A DNA stretch of 63,771 nt, filler included, from Octopus bimaculoides (taxonomy: Eukaryota): NCBI RefSeq assembly GCF_001194135.2. It is 6 parts of 6 records of this genome, joined end to end, with 100 filler letters (N's around TTAATTAATTAA, not from the genome) between each part and the next. Parts side by side here need not be neighbours in the genome. Positions count along the whole stretch, not along the records: positions 57,443 to 63,771 come from NC_068986.1; 5 more parts are not named here. One strand, written 5' to 3'. This document shows positions 62,319-63,771 of this stretch, piece by piece (position 1 is the stretch's first letter; each line of letters starts with the position of its first letter). The position numbers were made by a program, and so were the translations under genes. Below the pieces are notes generated by a model. That model did no database searches and was not told the DNA's origin. It was given only the letters and a program-made list of their open reading frames with translations.

Positions 62319-63720
62319 CACTCCTGGGCAAAAGATTAGCCAGACATGTTCCTGTAAATTTCATGCATATATTGCAATGTAAATAGATTTTTTGCTTCAA
62401 ATACTGCAACGCTCCCTCTACGCGCTTTTGAAAAGAAAAGTATTTTGAAAAGAAAGAAATTCACTGAATGAAACCCAGATTTTCATTTTTGTCATTAGGA
62501 GCCCAATATCTTACGTAAGACAGACGATATGAAAGTTGTACGAATAGAAAGTAGATGATAGGTTTGTTTTAAAATGTTCTTTATAATAAAATGTTTGAAG
62601 AAAGCATTTTAAATGTCAAGAAGTGTACTGCTAGGTATCTTTGTATCTTTTAAATGGAAGTGTATTAGATGTTTCTTTTTATGTTTAAATCAAAAGTTGC
62701 CAGCTTAAATAGTTCTAACTACAATTTGGGTAGTAACATGTCTTGTTCTTTTCTTTCTTTTACGTTAGATATGCCTTCAAATGAAAAGAAATTTCATGCT
62801 AATGTGGATTTTTAAAAGTAACCAAATTGCTATTTTTCGTAAACCAGGCATAACATATTCCGAAATCCATTAGTTATTGAAGAAGAAATCCATATTTATT
62901 TCTCTGTCTATAATAAAGAGAATAGACCAAGAAAATTGGTTTTATTTCAAAGTAAGAAAGCTTTTGGCACTACTTAGAACTTCTACCACTACAGATGACA
63001 GGACACTGAAATACTTTGTTCTTTCAAAAGAGAAAGAAAATCCTGCAGAACCAACCAAGATGGTTGTGAACTGCATGTAACAGCCAAGAAGGTTGTTTAC
63101 AGAAGAATCATAACAAGAAATTAGAAAGATATTAGTGTTTCCCGCTATAAAAAAATGCGTTACGAAGCCCCTGTTAATACAAGGTCAAATTGCATTTTTT
63201 AGCCAAGTATGGTAATTGTGATTCAGGCTGGTTCCAAAAAGTCACCTACAAAGATTAATCAAGATTTCAGCTTTATACTCCACTTCGTAGAGCTGGTGAG
63301 AGATTTCACCTTTAGTATATTACAACAACTGTGAAATATGGGAGAGGTAGAACCATTGGTACATTTTCCTCTGCTGGTATTGGCACTTATAAAGAGCAAA
63401 CACTCAATTACTACCATGGATTTACGAAAACAATTAGATGAAGGATAACTTTCCAGTTTTCAAAAATTATTTTCTCGTGAAAAAAAAAAAAAAAAAAAAT
63501 AGAAATCATTTTTCAACATGACCCAATACCCTTGCTCATACTGCAAAAGCAACAGAAAAATACAAATAGAGAAAAATTCCATGGAAATAATTAACTGGCT
63601 AGGTAAGAGTCCGAATATGAAACTCATACAGAATATTTGGGATGTATTGGGCACAAACTTGTCTGAAGAAAATTTGTAAAACCTGACCAAGTTGAGATGT
63701 TGTGAAACTTGAATGGGAGG
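62319..63720 (+). mobile_element. Decayed Tc1-like DNA transposon
   Basis: TA-CACTCCTGGGCAAAAG left terminus; transposase relics TVKYGRG..FSSAGIG, IIFQHD..AHTAKAT, NW..KSPNM..IQNIWDVL; many stops. Confidence 0.8.
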
Positions 63721-63771
63721 ATATAAAAGAGTAAAAGAGTAAAGAGTATATATATATATATATATATATAT

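Overview
AT-rich, microsatellite- and repeat-dense animal genomic DNA; the SINE/LINE families look like those of Octopus (inference from repeat motifs). It is not one continuous locus: five identical 100-nt spacers (44 N + TTAATTAATTAA + 44 N) join six separate pieces (1-29489, 29590-41023, 41124-49320, 49421-54257, 54358-57342, 57443-63771). No complete gene is visible. The only confidently identifiable host coding sequence is one internal exon of a fibrinogen-related-domain (FReD) protein (55147-55284). There are also unannotatable clusters of candidate micro-exons (+ strand 1067-3996; - strand 34248-31724). Most recognisable sequence is decayed mobile DNA: Penelope-like elements (PLE), RLE-type (R4/Dong-like), RTE and Tx1/L1 LINEs, Tc1/mariner, hAT and pogo-type MITEs, foldback elements, and three tRNA-derived SINE families. 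The most interesting signal is a set of type I hammerhead-ribozyme-like motifs, found by eye. One is near-intact with an unusually long structured stem II (61731-61860). Several are minimal variants with an extra nucleotide after CTGANGA; two of those belong to one dispersed repeat family and others sit next to PLE remnants. Almost all entries in the supplied ORF track are artefacts of N-runs, microsatellites or antisense shadows.
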